A stretch of DNA of 64,000 bases from Chthoniobacterales bacterium. GTDB taxonomy: Bacteria; Verrucomicrobiota; Verrucomicrobiia; Chthoniobacterales; Chthoniobacteraceae. Where the stretch lies: positions 923-64,922 of the forward strand of contig JBBSEI010000013.1 in the NCBI GenBank assembly GCA_038239865.1. Reading direction: 5' to 3'. The position numbers and the translations under genes are program-made. The notes beneath the pieces are model-generated. The model was not told the origin of the DNA, made no database searches, and saw nothing but the letters and a program-made list of their open reading frames with translations. Below are positions 9,155-18,088 of the stretch, piece after piece (position 1 is the first letter of the stretch; each line of letters opens with the position of its first letter).

Positions 9155-9222
9155 AACTGGCGCCCGGAAGTCCCAGTGCCGCGCCCTGCCTCACGCGCCG
9201 CCGGCGAAAGACAGAGAGAAGA

Positions 9223-9380
9223 GGGGAGCGCGCGCTTCCAGCGTGCTCTTTCCGGCATCCTGCCGGAAAGTTTTCGCCGGGATGCGGGCTCTCGCGTGCG
9301 CCGTTGCTGCAAAACCCCCGCCGCCTTCGCCCGCCGTTCGGCAGGATGCCGGACGCTGCACGCTGGAAGCGTGCGCTCCC
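9223..9380. repeat. ~158-bp nested-hairpin palindromic element
   Basis: Left arm GGGGAGCGCGCGCTTCCAGCGTGCTCTTTCCGGCATCCTGCCGGAAAG is the imperfect reverse complement of right arm TTCGGCAGGATGCCGGACGCTGCACGCTGGAAGCGTGCGCTCCC. The left arm holds a perfect 10-bp stem with a TCC loop (CTTTCCGGCA-TCC-TGCCGGAAAG). Lies between the convergent DegT-type gene and argB. Confidence 0.8.
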
Positions 9381-9437
9381 TTTTCTCCTGAGCTGCGTGG
9401 GCCTCTCTCAAGCTCGGCAACTTGATGGGATCGGCAC

Positions 9438-10310
9438 TCAAGCCACAATCTCGGTGCCGATTCCCTTGTTGCTGAACACCTCGACTAGCAGCGCGTGCGG
9501 TGTGCGGCCGTCGATGAAATGCACTTTCTCCACGCCCTGCCGCAGCGCACGCGCGGCACTCTCGACCTTTGGGATCATGCCGCCGGTGATCACGCCGTCG
9601 GCCACGAGCTTTTCGATCTGGGAAAGCGTCACGCTCGGGATGAGCGAATCGCGGTTGGTCGGATCGCGCATGAGGCCGGGCACGTCGCTCACGTAGATCA
9701 TCTTCGCGGCCTTCAGCCGGCCTGCGACGCCGGCCGCGGCGATGTCTGCATTGATGTTGAAAACCACGCCCGCCGCGTCGCGCGCCAGCGGGCTGATCAC
9801 CGGCACCACCTCGCGATGCACCGCATCCTCGATGGTTGCGGCGAGCACATCCGTGACTTCGCCGACAAAACCGAGGTCCACTTTCTCCGAGCCTTCCTCC
9901 TGCAGCGGCAGCTTTTTTCCGACGAGCACCGTCTTGCCGTGGATGCCTTCCGCGCGCCCGCCGAACTTCACGATGCGCGCGGCGATGTCCGGGTTGATCA
10001 CGCCATCGAGCACGCTCTCGACGATGGAAATCGCCTCGGCATCCGTGACGCGCAGGCCGTTCACGAAGCGCGGCTTTTGCCCCGCGTCGCGCATGCGCTG
10101 CGAGATGGCCTTGCCGCCGCCGTGGATCACGACGGGATTGATGCCGACCGCCTCGAGCAGCACGATGTCGCGCAGCAGTCGGTCGATCACCGCATCGTCC
10201 TCCATCGCGCTGCCGCCGTACTTGATCACGAAAAGCTTGCCGCGAAATTTCTGAATGTAGGGCAGCGCCTCGATCAGGGCTTCGGCGCGCGAGTGGACGG
10301 AAATGGGCAT
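9438..10310 (-). CDS. argB: acetylglutamate kinase
   Basis: 290 aa. FVIKYGGSAM, VVIHGGG and NINAD motifs of the amino-acid kinase family. Confidence 0.9.
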   Translation of the reverse strand: MPISVHSRAEALIEALPYIQKFRGKLFVIKYGGSAMEDDAVIDRLLRDIVLLEAVGINPVVIHGGGKAISQRMRDAGQKPRFVNGLRVTDAEAISIVESVLDGVINPDIAARIVKFGGRAEGIHGKTVLVGKKLPLQEEGSEKVDLGFVGEVTDVLAATIEDAVHREVVPVISPLARDAAGVVFNINADIAAAGVAGRLKAAKMIYVSDVPGLMRDPTNRDSLIPSVTLSQIEKLVADGVITGGMIPKVESAARALRQGVEKVHFIDGRTPHALLVEVFSNKGIGTEIVA

Positions 10311-10341
10311 CAGTCTTGCAAAGAAAAATTCGCGCCGCGTC

Positions 10342-11562
10342 CTAGCCGCCGGTGCCGTCGCCCATGTTCAGCTTCACGTATTCCGCCGTGAAATCCGTGG
10401 TGTACACGATGTGCTCGCCGCGCCCGAGGTTCAGGTCCACGCAGACGGTGAAGCGCTTTTGCTTCACAACTTCGCGGAGTTTTTCAAATGGCGTTTTCGC
10501 CAGCATTCCGCCTTTCACCGCGAGAATCCCGTCGTAGTAAATGTCCACGAGTTCCTCGCGCATCTTCGCGCCGGAGTAGCCGAGTGCGTCCATGATGCGG
10601 CCCCAGTTCGGGTCTTCGCCGAACCACGCGCATTTCACGAGCGTGCTGTTCGCGATCGCTTCCGCCGCGCGCCGCGCATCCGCGAGCGAGGCGGCACCGT
10701 GGACATGCACCTCGACAAATTTCGTCACGCCTTCGCCGTCCTTCACGATCATCCACGCGAGTTCGCGCGTCACGTCGTCGAGCGCGGCTTGGAACGCCTT
10801 GAATTCCTTCGAGCCGTACTTGAGCGATTTGTTGCCCGCCGCGCCGTTCGCGAGCGCGAGCACCGTGTCGTTCGTGCTCATGTCGCCGTCGATCGTGATG
10901 CGGTTGAACGACTGCTCGACGGACACACTGAGCGCCTTTTGCAGCGTCGTCCGGCTGATCGCCGCGTCCGTCGTGATGAAGCACAGCATCGTCGCCATGT
11001 TCGGATCGATCATGCCGGCGCCCTTCGCGATTCCGCCGATGCGGATCTTTTTTCCATGCGCGGAAAATTCGACCGCGAACTCCTTCGGAAAAGTGTCGCT
11101 CGTCATGATCGCCCTCGCCGCGGCCGCGCTGCCGTTCAGGCTCAGGCACTGCGGCGATTCCGCGAGAGTCGCCTCCATTTTTTCGATCGGGAGCTGCACG
11201 CCGATGCGGCCGGTGGAGCACACCATCACCTGCGATTCTCGCAGGCCGAGCGCCTTCGCCGTCGCGGCGCACATGCGCTTCGCGTTTTGCAGTCCGGGCA
11301 CGCCGGTACAGGCGTTCGCGTTGCCGGCGTTCGCCACGATCGCGCGCACATCCGGCGAGCGCAGGTTTAGCCGCGAGACGCGCACCGGCGCGGCTTTCAC
11401 CTTGTTCGTCGTGAAGGTTCCCGCCGCCGCGGTCTTCGTATTTGAAACGATGAGCGCGATGTCGGGAGCGCTTTTGTTGGCCGCCTTGATGCCGCAGAAA
11501 ATGCTGCCGGCCTGGAAGCCTTGCGCGGCCGTGACGCCGCCCGGGATTTCTGAATGGGACAT
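10342..11562 (-). CDS. argJ: bifunctional glutamate N-acetyltransferase/amino-acid acetyltransferase
   Basis: 406 aa. Has the autoproteolysis site region MATMLCFITTD and the conserved blocks GIAKGAGMIDPNM and DGDMSTNDT. Confidence 0.9.
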   Translation of the reverse strand: MSHSEIPGGVTAAQGFQAGSIFCGIKAANKSAPDIALIVSNTKTAAAGTFTTNKVKAAPVRVSRLNLRSPDVRAIVANAGNANACTGVPGLQNAKRMCAATAKALGLRESQVMVCSTGRIGVQLPIEKMEATLAESPQCLSLNGSAAAARAIMTSDTFPKEFAVEFSAHGKKIRIGGIAKGAGMIDPNMATMLCFITTDAAISRTTLQKALSVSVEQSFNRITIDGDMSTNDTVLALANGAAGNKSLKYGSKEFKAFQAALDDVTRELAWMIVKDGEGVTKFVEVHVHGAASLADARRAAEAIANSTLVKCAWFGEDPNWGRIMDALGYSGAKMREELVDIYYDGILAVKGGMLAKTPFEKLREVVKQKRFTVCVDLNLGRGEHIVYTTDFTAEYVKLNMGDGTGG

Positions 11563-11690
11563 GATGCTGAAGGTGATGCGCGGCGCCGGGTCGCGGCGAT
11601 CTTGCGGGCGGTTTGTATGCGGAGGATGCGGGCGGAGATCAAACGGGAAGTTCTCCCGAGCGGGGTTGCGCCCGCGTCGTGTGCGCGCGT

Positions 11691-12011
11691 ATGTTGCGCG
11701 AGATGCCGCGCGTCCTCGTTCTCCTTTTCCTCATCGGTGCGATCCCGTGGGCCATCATCACATGGTGGGAAATGCGCCGCTCGCTCGGACCCCGCGAGCG
11801 CGCGTGGGTCGGTCGCGCGAGTGTGAGCCTGTGGTTTTCCTGTCTGATCGGCTCATTCGTGTTTTTCCAACTCGCCATGCGCGGGCAGTTTTTTTTGCTG
11901 CCGCTCTTCGTCGTCGGCGGCCTCGGTGCGCGGTACGCGATGCGGAAAGTGCGCGCGCGCATCCGGATGGAGGAAGGCGATCCGCTCAGCCGCGCGCGGC
12001 GGATTAACTGA
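11691..12011 (+). CDS. hypothetical membrane protein
   Basis: Internal ATG of ORF 11613..12011(+) (MLREMPRVLVLLFLIGAIPW...). Three hydrophobic helices. No family recognised. Confidence 0.5.
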   Translation: MLREMPRVLVLLFLIGAIPWAIITWWEMRRSLGPRERAWVGRASVSLWFSCLIGSFVFFQLAMRGQFFLLPLFVVGGLGARYAMRKVRARIRMEEGDPLSRARRIN

Positions 12012-12063
12012 GCGGCGGCGCTTGAATTTGACGCGGGAAAAAAATGCGCGATGATCCCGCACC

Positions 12064-12612
12064 ATGAAGCCATTTTCCCTCTCCCTTTTCGCCGCGCTCA
12101 CCTTCGCCGTGTGCGGCTGCAACGCCGAAGACAAAACCAAACCCGTGAACGACTCGACACCCCAAGACCTCACCAAGCTCAGCAAAGAGGAACTCGCCAA
12201 GCACCTCGACAAGGAGGCGTACAACGTCTGCATCATGGGCGGCACCGAGCGGCCGTTTGAGAACAAATATTGGAACAACCACGAACTCGGAATCTACGTG
12301 GATGTGATCAGCGGGAAGCCGCTTTTTGCCAGTGCGCACAAGTTTGAATCCGGCAGCGGATGGCCGAGTTTTTTCCAGCCGATCGACAAGACGGAGGTCA
12401 TCGAAAAGCGCGACACGTCGCATGGCATGGTGCGCGTGGAGGTCCGTGCGAAGACGAGCAATGCGCACCTCGGCCACCTTTTCGACGACGGCCCGAAGCC
12501 GGGCGGCCAGCGGTATTGCATCAACAGCGCCGCGCTGAAATTCATCCCGAAGGACAAGCTCAAGGAGTCCGGCTACGGCGATCTCACGAAGCTTTTCGAG
12601 GGCGAAAAGTAG
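12064..12612 (+). CDS. msrB: peptide-methionine (R)-S-oxide reductase, with N-terminal signal peptide
   Basis: SelR blocks GGTERPF, GSGWPSF and the catalytic RYCINSAAL. The N-terminus MKPFSLSLFAALTFAVCGC suggests export, possibly as a lipoprotein. Confidence 0.85.
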   Translation: MKPFSLSLFAALTFAVCGCNAEDKTKPVNDSTPQDLTKLSKEELAKHLDKEAYNVCIMGGTERPFENKYWNNHELGIYVDVISGKPLFASAHKFESGSGWPSFFQPIDKTEVIEKRDTSHGMVRVEVRAKTSNAHLGHLFDDGPKPGGQRYCINSAALKFIPKDKLKESGYGDLTKLFEGEK

Positions 12613-12616
12613 CCGT

Positions 12617-13597
12617 TCATCCGAGCTTCAGCTCGAGCTGGTTTTCCGCCGCGAGCGCCCACGCCTCGATGCCGCGGCGGCGCAGATCGGTGGCAAATTC
12701 CGCGGCGAAGCCGTGGACGGTGAGCACGCGTTTCGGCTGCACGAGTTCGACGTAGCGCAGCAGTTCGTCGTAGTCCGCGTGGTCGCTGAGCGGGAAGGCT
12801 TCGTCGCAGCGCGAGCGGTATTTCGCGCCGGGGTCGAGCGCCCAACCGGTGAGGATCGCAGTGCGACGCGGGCCGATTTTTTCCAGTTCCGCGGAGCGCG
12901 CGGCATTCGGTGGAAAGACGAGCACGTGGCCTGTCGCCGCCGCGGCGCGGAAGCGCACGGCACCCTGCGGAAAAGTGGCGGACATCTCGCTGTGGAGCGC
13001 CGTCATTTTCCACACGGCCTCGTGCAGCATCGGCGTGAGGCCCGCATCAAGGAGGAGGTGCACGATTTCCTGCGCCTTGCCGAGGGAGTAGCCGAGGAGC
13101 ACGGGCACTGCGCCTGTCTCGATCGTCTCGCGGCAAAATGCGACGACGCGCGCGGCGACTTCGGCCCGCGGCGGCATGCGGTAGCGCGGCAGGCCGAAGG
13201 TGGTCTCCATCACGAGCGTGTCCGCGTGCCGCCACTCGCACCGCTCGGCGGCGAGGCCGTGCGCGAGCTTGAAGTCGCCGGTGTAGAGCAGCGAGCCGGC
13301 GTCACTTTCAAAATACAACTGCGCGGAGCCGAGGATGTGGCCCGCCGGGAGCAGCGTCGCGCGACCGCCGCCGAAGTCGCGCGCCTCGCCGAAGGCGGCG
13401 ACGATCTCCGTGCGCCTGCCGGGCATGCGCTCGCGCATGAAGCGGGCGGTCGCCGCCGTCATGAGCACTTCGCGATTCCGCGCGATGTGATCGCCGTGCG
13501 CGTGCGAGACAAAGGCGCGCGGCTGGCCGCGCTGCGGGTCGAGCCACAAATCGTGCGCCGGGAGGTGCAGGCCGCGCTGATGGAGGATGGTGATCAA
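12617..13597 (-). CDS. MBL-fold/beta-CASP-like hydrolase resembling ligase-associated DNA-damage-response exonuclease
   Basis: HxHxDH motif (SHAHGDH), GHILGSA, and C-terminal FPLSDHADYDELL...TVHG. The start is placed at the in-frame TTG at 13597 (ITILHQRGLHL...) and is uncertain; the ORF is open to 13705. Confidence 0.65.
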   Translation of the reverse strand: MITILHQRGLHLPAHDLWLDPQRGQPRAFVSHAHGDHIARNREVLMTAATARFMRERMPGRRTEIVAAFGEARDFGGGRATLLPAGHILGSAQLYFESDAGSLLYTGDFKLAHGLAAERCEWRHADTLVMETTFGLPRYRMPPRAEVAARVVAFCRETIETGAVPVLLGYSLGKAQEIVHLLLDAGLTPMLHEAVWKMTALHSEMSATFPQGAVRFRAAAATGHVLVFPPNAARSAELEKIGPRRTAILTGWALDPGAKYRSRCDEAFPLSDHADYDELLRYVELVQPKRVLTVHGFAAEFATDLRRRGIEAWALAAENQLELKLG

Positions 13598-13787
13598 AGG
13601 GCGGGAAAGTAATCGATCTCTCCAGCGGCGCGAGTCCGGAGCGCACCGGCGCGGTCCGGTCCGCTGCACTTTTACCCCGTGCATGCGCTCGTGGAGGTGG
13701 CGCACCCACGCCTGCTTCCCGCGGCATTCGCCCTGCCGTCGCTCGTCGCGCTCGCCCTGCGGATCAGGGATCGATCATCCGCCGCGA

Positions 13788-14372
13788 TCAAATCTGCCCG
13801 CAGAACTTGAAGAGGAACATCTCCGCGTGGCCGTCACGCAGATAGAAGCGCAGCGCGCCGTCGTGGCCGATCAGATCGGTTTTCACCGCGCTGCTCGCGC
13901 GGCGGCTGTGGATTTGGTGGATGCCGAGATGTTCGTGCCGGTAGATCTCGCCCCACGCTTCGATGCGCAGCGCCGTGCGCGCCCTTTCCATGAGCAGCGC
14001 GGAAAGTGCGGCATTTTCGTGGTATTCCCAGCGCGGGTGGAACTGCGCCTCGACCGTCGCGTAGTCGAGACCCATCGCTTCCTCGATGAACGGCTCCGGC
14101 ATTCCCGCGTAGCTCGTCTTCACGATCGCCACGCGCACGCGCGGGTCAAAGTTCGCGTTGCGATTGAGCCGCGACGAGGTGTTCACCGAGAGGAGCACGG
14201 AGCCGCAGGGCGGGACATCGAGCGAGATCATCACGTGGTCCGCGCGGCCGGGCGGCCCTGAGATTTCCATATCCACTTTCACCAGCATCCCGACGACATG
14301 CGCGTAGAGCGGTTTGCCGCTGGCAAAAATCTGGCAGACCCAGTCCTCGCGCGAGCGGTGATGCTCAGGCAT
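13788..14372 (-). CDS. hypothetical protein, possibly DUF2278 (YukJ-like)
   Basis: 194 aa. Its start overlaps the stop of the upstream DHS-like gene by 8 nt. C-terminal pattern GIHQIH...HDGALRFYL...FLFKF recalls my memory of DUF2278. This is a tentative call made without an HMM. Confidence 0.55.
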   Translation of the reverse strand: MPEHHRSREDWVCQIFASGKPLYAHVVGMLVKVDMEISGPPGRADHVMISLDVPPCGSVLLSVNTSSRLNRNANFDPRVRVAIVKTSYAGMPEPFIEEAMGLDYATVEAQFHPRWEYHENAALSALLMERARTALRIEAWGEIYRHEHLGIHQIHSRRASSAVKTDLIGHDGALRFYLRDGHAEMFLFKFCGQI

Positions 14373-15546
14373 CGCGCTTCGTGCCGGTCACGCTGCGTCC
14401 GCTGCGGCCTTTCACCGGCTTCTTCTTTTTGTCGAGGTCCGTGCGGTGCTCGATCTTCGCGACGCGGCCGTGCTTGAAATACATCTCGCGCACCTTCTCC
14501 AGCATCGCGTCGCGGCGATCGTAGAGGCGCTTGAGCTTGCGCGGTTTCACCTTTGTGAGCGCGTAAGCGGTGATGATGGGCAGCGTGATCGTCGAGTCCG
14601 CGTAGCACACCACGCAGTCGGGGAGATTGTCGGGATCGATCTTGCCCCAACTCACCGCCTCGGCGGGCGTCGCGCCGCTCAGGCCGCCGGTATCCGGACG
14701 CGCGTCGGTGCATTGCAGGAAGTAATCGTGCCCGCGCTCCTCGATGCCCATGACCTCCTGGATCTGCGGCTCGGTCTGCAGCATGAAATTTTTCGGCGAC
14801 CCGCCGCCGAGGATGAAGACCGACGACTTCTCGCCCGACGACTTCGCCGCGTACACGATCGCCGCCGTCTGGTTCACGTCGCGGTTCACATCCATGAGCA
14901 GCTTCGAGTCGCGCAGCGCCATCGCGGCGACATTCATGCCGATGCTCGAATCTCCGGGCGATGAAGTGAAAATCGGCACGCCATACTGGTACGCCGCGGC
15001 GAGCACGCTCGTCTCCTTGATGCCGAGTTTCTTCTCGCGTGCCGCGACATATTTTCCCAGCAGGTAGTGGAATTCATCCGTCGCCATCGTGCGCTGAAAC
15101 TCCGGCCCCTGAATCACCTCGCGCACAAACGCGTCCGTATCCAGCAGCACATCGTAGTCGAACAGCACGTCGTAAATCCGGATGATGCCCTCCTTGCGCA
15201 GCGTCACGTCATCGAGGAACGGCGAGCCCGCATACATCTTCATGCCGAGCCCATAGTGCATGTCGTGATAGAGGTTCGCGCCGGTCGAAATAATCCAGTC
15301 CACAAAGCCCGCCTTCATCAGCGGAATGATCGCCGCCTTGCCCAGCCCCGCCGGCGTGAGCGCGCCCGTGAGCGACATGCCCACGGTGCCTTTGCCCGCG
15401 ATCATCTTCTGCGTGAAAAGTCGGCACGCCTCGGCGAGACGCCCGCCGTTGTAGGCCTTGAAGGAGTTGTCCACGAGGTCCGTGACCTTCCAATTCTTGC
15501 CAATCGGCGAGGGGAGCAAACGCGGGAATTTTTTGTTCAGCGACAT
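14365..15546 (-). CDS. deoxyhypusine synthase-like protein
   Basis: 393 aa. DHS-family blocks [32 protein letters not shown] and [15 protein letters not shown]. Has a Lys-rich C-terminal tail. Confidence 0.85.
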   Translation of the reverse strand: MSLNKKFPRLLPSPIGKNWKVTDLVDNSFKAYNGGRLAEACRLFTQKMIAGKGTVGMSLTGALTPAGLGKAAIIPLMKAGFVDWIISTGANLYHDMHYGLGMKMYAGSPFLDDVTLRKEGIIRIYDVLFDYDVLLDTDAFVREVIQGPEFQRTMATDEFHYLLGKYVAAREKKLGIKETSVLAAAYQYGVPIFTSSPGDSSIGMNVAAMALRDSKLLMDVNRDVNQTAAIVYAAKSSGEKSSVFILGGGSPKNFMLQTEPQIQEVMGIEERGHDYFLQCTDARPDTGGLSGATPAEAVSWGKIDPDNLPDCVVCYADSTITLPIITAYALTKVKPRKLKRLYDRRDAMLEKVREMYFKHGRVAKIEHRTDLDKKKKPVKGRSGRSVTGTKRDA

Positions 15547-15606
15547 CGCCGTGCCGTGTAGGGCGCGCGCGCGCGCGGGTCAATCGCGAGCGCGTGCCGT
15601 GCCTTC

Positions 15607-15745
15607 GTTTGGCGTTGAACGTTGAGCGTTTGAGATTGGACGTTGAGCCCCGCGCAGCGGACCCATCGGTGTTCGCACGCCTCCACGGAAATCCACGACG
15701 CCTGCGGCGGGCTCAACGTCTAACATTTAACGTCAAACTCCTAAC
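15607..15745. repeat. imperfect palindrome built from ACGTTGAG-like tandem motifs
   Basis: GTTTGGCGTTGAACGTTGAGCGTTTGAGATTGGACGTTGAGCCCCGC faces GCGGGCTCAACGTCTAACATTTAACGTCAAACTCCTAAC. Lies between the 3' end of the FG-GAP gene and the 5' end of the DHS-like gene. Confidence 0.7.
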
Positions 15746-15772
15746 TTCTAACGAAGACACCGGCGCCGCGCG

Positions 15773-16990
15773 CTATCTCTCGTTCCAGTAGATCTTCACG
15801 TTCTTCGTCCCGCGTCCCGCCGCGACGATGTCGAGTTTCCCGTCGCCATCGAGATCCGCGACCACGAGGTCTTCGCAGGCCATCGTGTTGTCATCGATGA
15901 GGTGCTGCGTCCACTTCTCGCCCTGCTCGTCCGGCACGAACATCTTGATGCCGACCTTCGCGCCCTTTTTCTGCATCGCGCGCCAGCCGACGACGATCTG
16001 ATCGCGACCGAGCCCGAGGAGGTCGCCGCATGCGAGCGCGTGGCCGTCTTCAAGCGTGGAATCGAGGACGATGCGCGGCGGTCCGGGCATTCCTTTCTCG
16101 AGGTTCGTCTTCGGGTAAATTACGAGTTCGTTCCCGTGCATGGGCTCGATCGTCGCGAGGAAAAGTTTGTTCCCCGTCAGCCAGCCCGCACGCAGTTCGC
16201 CCATGCCCTTGAGCGGCGGCGAATATTTCCGGTGATCGATCTCGTGGCGGAAGCCGCCGAGTTCCGCCTTCGCCTCGCCGACTTCGAGCCCTTCCTTTCC
16301 GCCGATTAGGATTGCCTCAAATGGCAGCTTTTTCGGATCGGGCATCACATGGAGATTGTGCGTCATGTGCATGTCGTCGCTCAGCACCTCGGACTTCCAC
16401 GCATCGCGCGGATTCTTCGGCATCTGATAGGCGATCACCTTCACGCCCTCGCCTTCGCCATTCTTGTTGCCGCGCCCGTGCAGCGGGACGACGACGAGAT
16501 CGTAGCGCGGCGTCGCGTGCTCGGCATTGCCGCGCCGCACCCACTTCATCCGGTGCGTCGTCGGCTCCACGCTGGGAAATTTCACCGCCTCCCACTTCTG
16601 CGTCCGGTCGGTGGGCGGGATGAGGTAAAAGATCGCGCCGCTGTTCACCGTGTCGCCCGGATTCCACTCCGCACCGACGGCGATCTCGCATTTGCCGTCG
16701 CCGTCAATGTCCCGCGCCGCGATGCACACGTTGTCCTTCTCGGTGAGATTTTCCGCGAGGATGAACTTGTCCCACGCCACGCCGCGCTTGCCGGGATTGC
16801 GATACCACACGAACTGCTTTTTGTCCGCGAGCAGGATGTCCGGCTTCCCGTCGCCATCCACATCCGCGACCGCGACGCCGTAGCCGATCTCGATTTTCGC
16901 ATCGATTTCCTGCGCCGTGAATTTCGGCTCCGGCGGCGCAGCGAACACAGCGGTGGCAGTGAGTGCGAGAGCGAAGGGGAGGGTCTTCAT
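15773..16990 (-). CDS. secreted FG-GAP/VCBS repeat protein
   Basis: Signal peptide MKTLPFALALTATAVFA. Repeated Ca-binding-like VADVDGDGKPDIL, ARDIDGDGKCEI and VADLDGDGKLDIV. Confidence 0.8.
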   Translation of the reverse strand: MKTLPFALALTATAVFAAPPEPKFTAQEIDAKIEIGYGVAVADVDGDGKPDILLADKKQFVWYRNPGKRGVAWDKFILAENLTEKDNVCIAARDIDGDGKCEIAVGAEWNPGDTVNSGAIFYLIPPTDRTQKWEAVKFPSVEPTTHRMKWVRRGNAEHATPRYDLVVVPLHGRGNKNGEGEGVKVIAYQMPKNPRDAWKSEVLSDDMHMTHNLHVMPDPKKLPFEAILIGGKEGLEVGEAKAELGGFRHEIDHRKYSPPLKGMGELRAGWLTGNKLFLATIEPMHGNELVIYPKTNLEKGMPGPPRIVLDSTLEDGHALACGDLLGLGRDQIVVGWRAMQKKGAKVGIKMFVPDEQGEKWTQHLIDDNTMACEDLVVADLDGDGKLDIVAAGRGTKNVKIYWNER

Positions 16991-17032
16991 GCGCGCATAA
17001 TGCCGCGCGCCGCGCGAATGCCAAGCGTCGCG

Positions 17033-17341
17033 CTACTGCCCGTCGTCCTGCGTCTCAACCGCGGCCTTCGCACGGAAAAACACGGCGACATTCCCCACCT
17101 GCATCACGAGCGTGCTCGCCGTCTTCTCCGCGATCTGCGGCGCGAGGTCGTGCTTCTGATCCTTGAAGTCGGTGAACTTCATCTTCACCAGCCCGTGCAG
17201 CGAAAGTGCGGCATCCATGCTGCGCACGAACGCCTCGCTCATCCCCGCGTGCCCGAGTTTCACGACGGGCTCCAGCGATTGCGCCTTTGCTTTCAGGGCG
17301 CGTTTCTCTGCGTTGCTCAGTTCCGGCTCAGGTGTGCTCAT
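17033..17341 (-). CDS. yhbY: YhbY-like (CRM-domain) RNA-binding protein
   Basis: 102 aa. LSNAEKRALKAKAQSLEPVVKLGHAGMSEAF...LVKMKF pattern. Confidence 0.8.
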   Translation of the reverse strand: MSTPEPELSNAEKRALKAKAQSLEPVVKLGHAGMSEAFVRSMDAALSLHGLVKMKFTDFKDQKHDLAPQIAEKTASTLVMQVGNVAVFFRAKAAVETQDDGQ

Positions 17342-17344
17342 GGA

Positions 17345-17995
17345 TCAAATGTGCCGGATGATTTCGCTCGCGGGGAAGCGCACTTTTGCGAGCTGCGCGT
17401 GCTTGTCCTCCGCCGCGCGATAACCCGCCGCGCACGCGACGACCGTCTCAAATTCCGTCCCGTCGAGCCCGAGTATTTTGTCGTAGTTCGCAGGCTCGAT
17501 GCCTTCCATCGGGCAGGTGTCCACGCCGAGCACCGCGGCGCACGTCATGAAATTTCCGAGTGCGATGTACACCTGCCGCACCGCCCACTCGCGCAGCCAT
17601 CCTTCCTCCGCGGCCTTATCGGCAAAGCCCGTCATCATCTCGCCGTAGCCTTTCAGCGATTCCTTCGCACCGCCGCGCGTCGCGACGATGCTGTCGAGAA
17701 AACGGTCCACGTGGTGTTCCGTGAGCGCCTTTCGCACGGCAAAGACGGTGTGATGCGAGCAATCCGCCGGCTGCGTCTGGTTCCACGAGACGGGCACGAG
17801 CTTCTGCCGCACCGCCGCGTCCGTGATCACGATGAACTTCCACGGCTGCAATCCGAACGACGACGGCGTGAGCAGCAGCGCATGCTCCAGCGCAGCCCAG
17901 GTGCCCGCAGGGATTTTCTTCGTCGCGTCAAATTTCTTCGTGGCATAGCGCCAGTTCAGTTGGGCCAGCAGCGCATCGGGATTCAGCGTGTTCAC
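17345..17995 (-). CDS. NAD(P)H nitroreductase family protein
   Basis: LNWRYATKKF...PSSFGLQPW...CPMEGI blocks. The start is placed at the in-frame GTG at 17995 (VNTLNPDALL). The upstream part of ORF 17345..18178 is not nitroreductase-like. Confidence 0.8.
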   Translation of the reverse strand: MNTLNPDALLAQLNWRYATKKFDATKKIPAGTWAALEHALLLTPSSFGLQPWKFIVITDAAVRQKLVPVSWNQTQPADCSHHTVFAVRKALTEHHVDRFLDSIVATRGGAKESLKGYGEMMTGFADKAAEEGWLREWAVRQVYIALGNFMTCAAVLGVDTCPMEGIEPANYDKILGLDGTEFETVVACAAGYRAAEDKHAQLAKVRFPASEIIRHI

Positions 17996-18088
17996 GCCGC
18001 GAGCTACGCGCAAAGGTCGCCGCCGGACTAGAAAAATCGCGGTGTCCCGGAACTTCACTTTCACCGCGCCACCGCTCAGTGTCCGTGC

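Noticed and set aside
15607-15745. CRISPR-like array of ACGTTGAG repeats
   Set aside because: The units are only about 8-10 nt, degenerate and contiguous, with no spacers. The whole region is a palindrome. No cas genes are present.
16349-18031. 560-aa ORF on the plus strand
   Set aside because: It is antisense to the FG-GAP, yhbY and nitroreductase genes. Arg-rich with no motifs.
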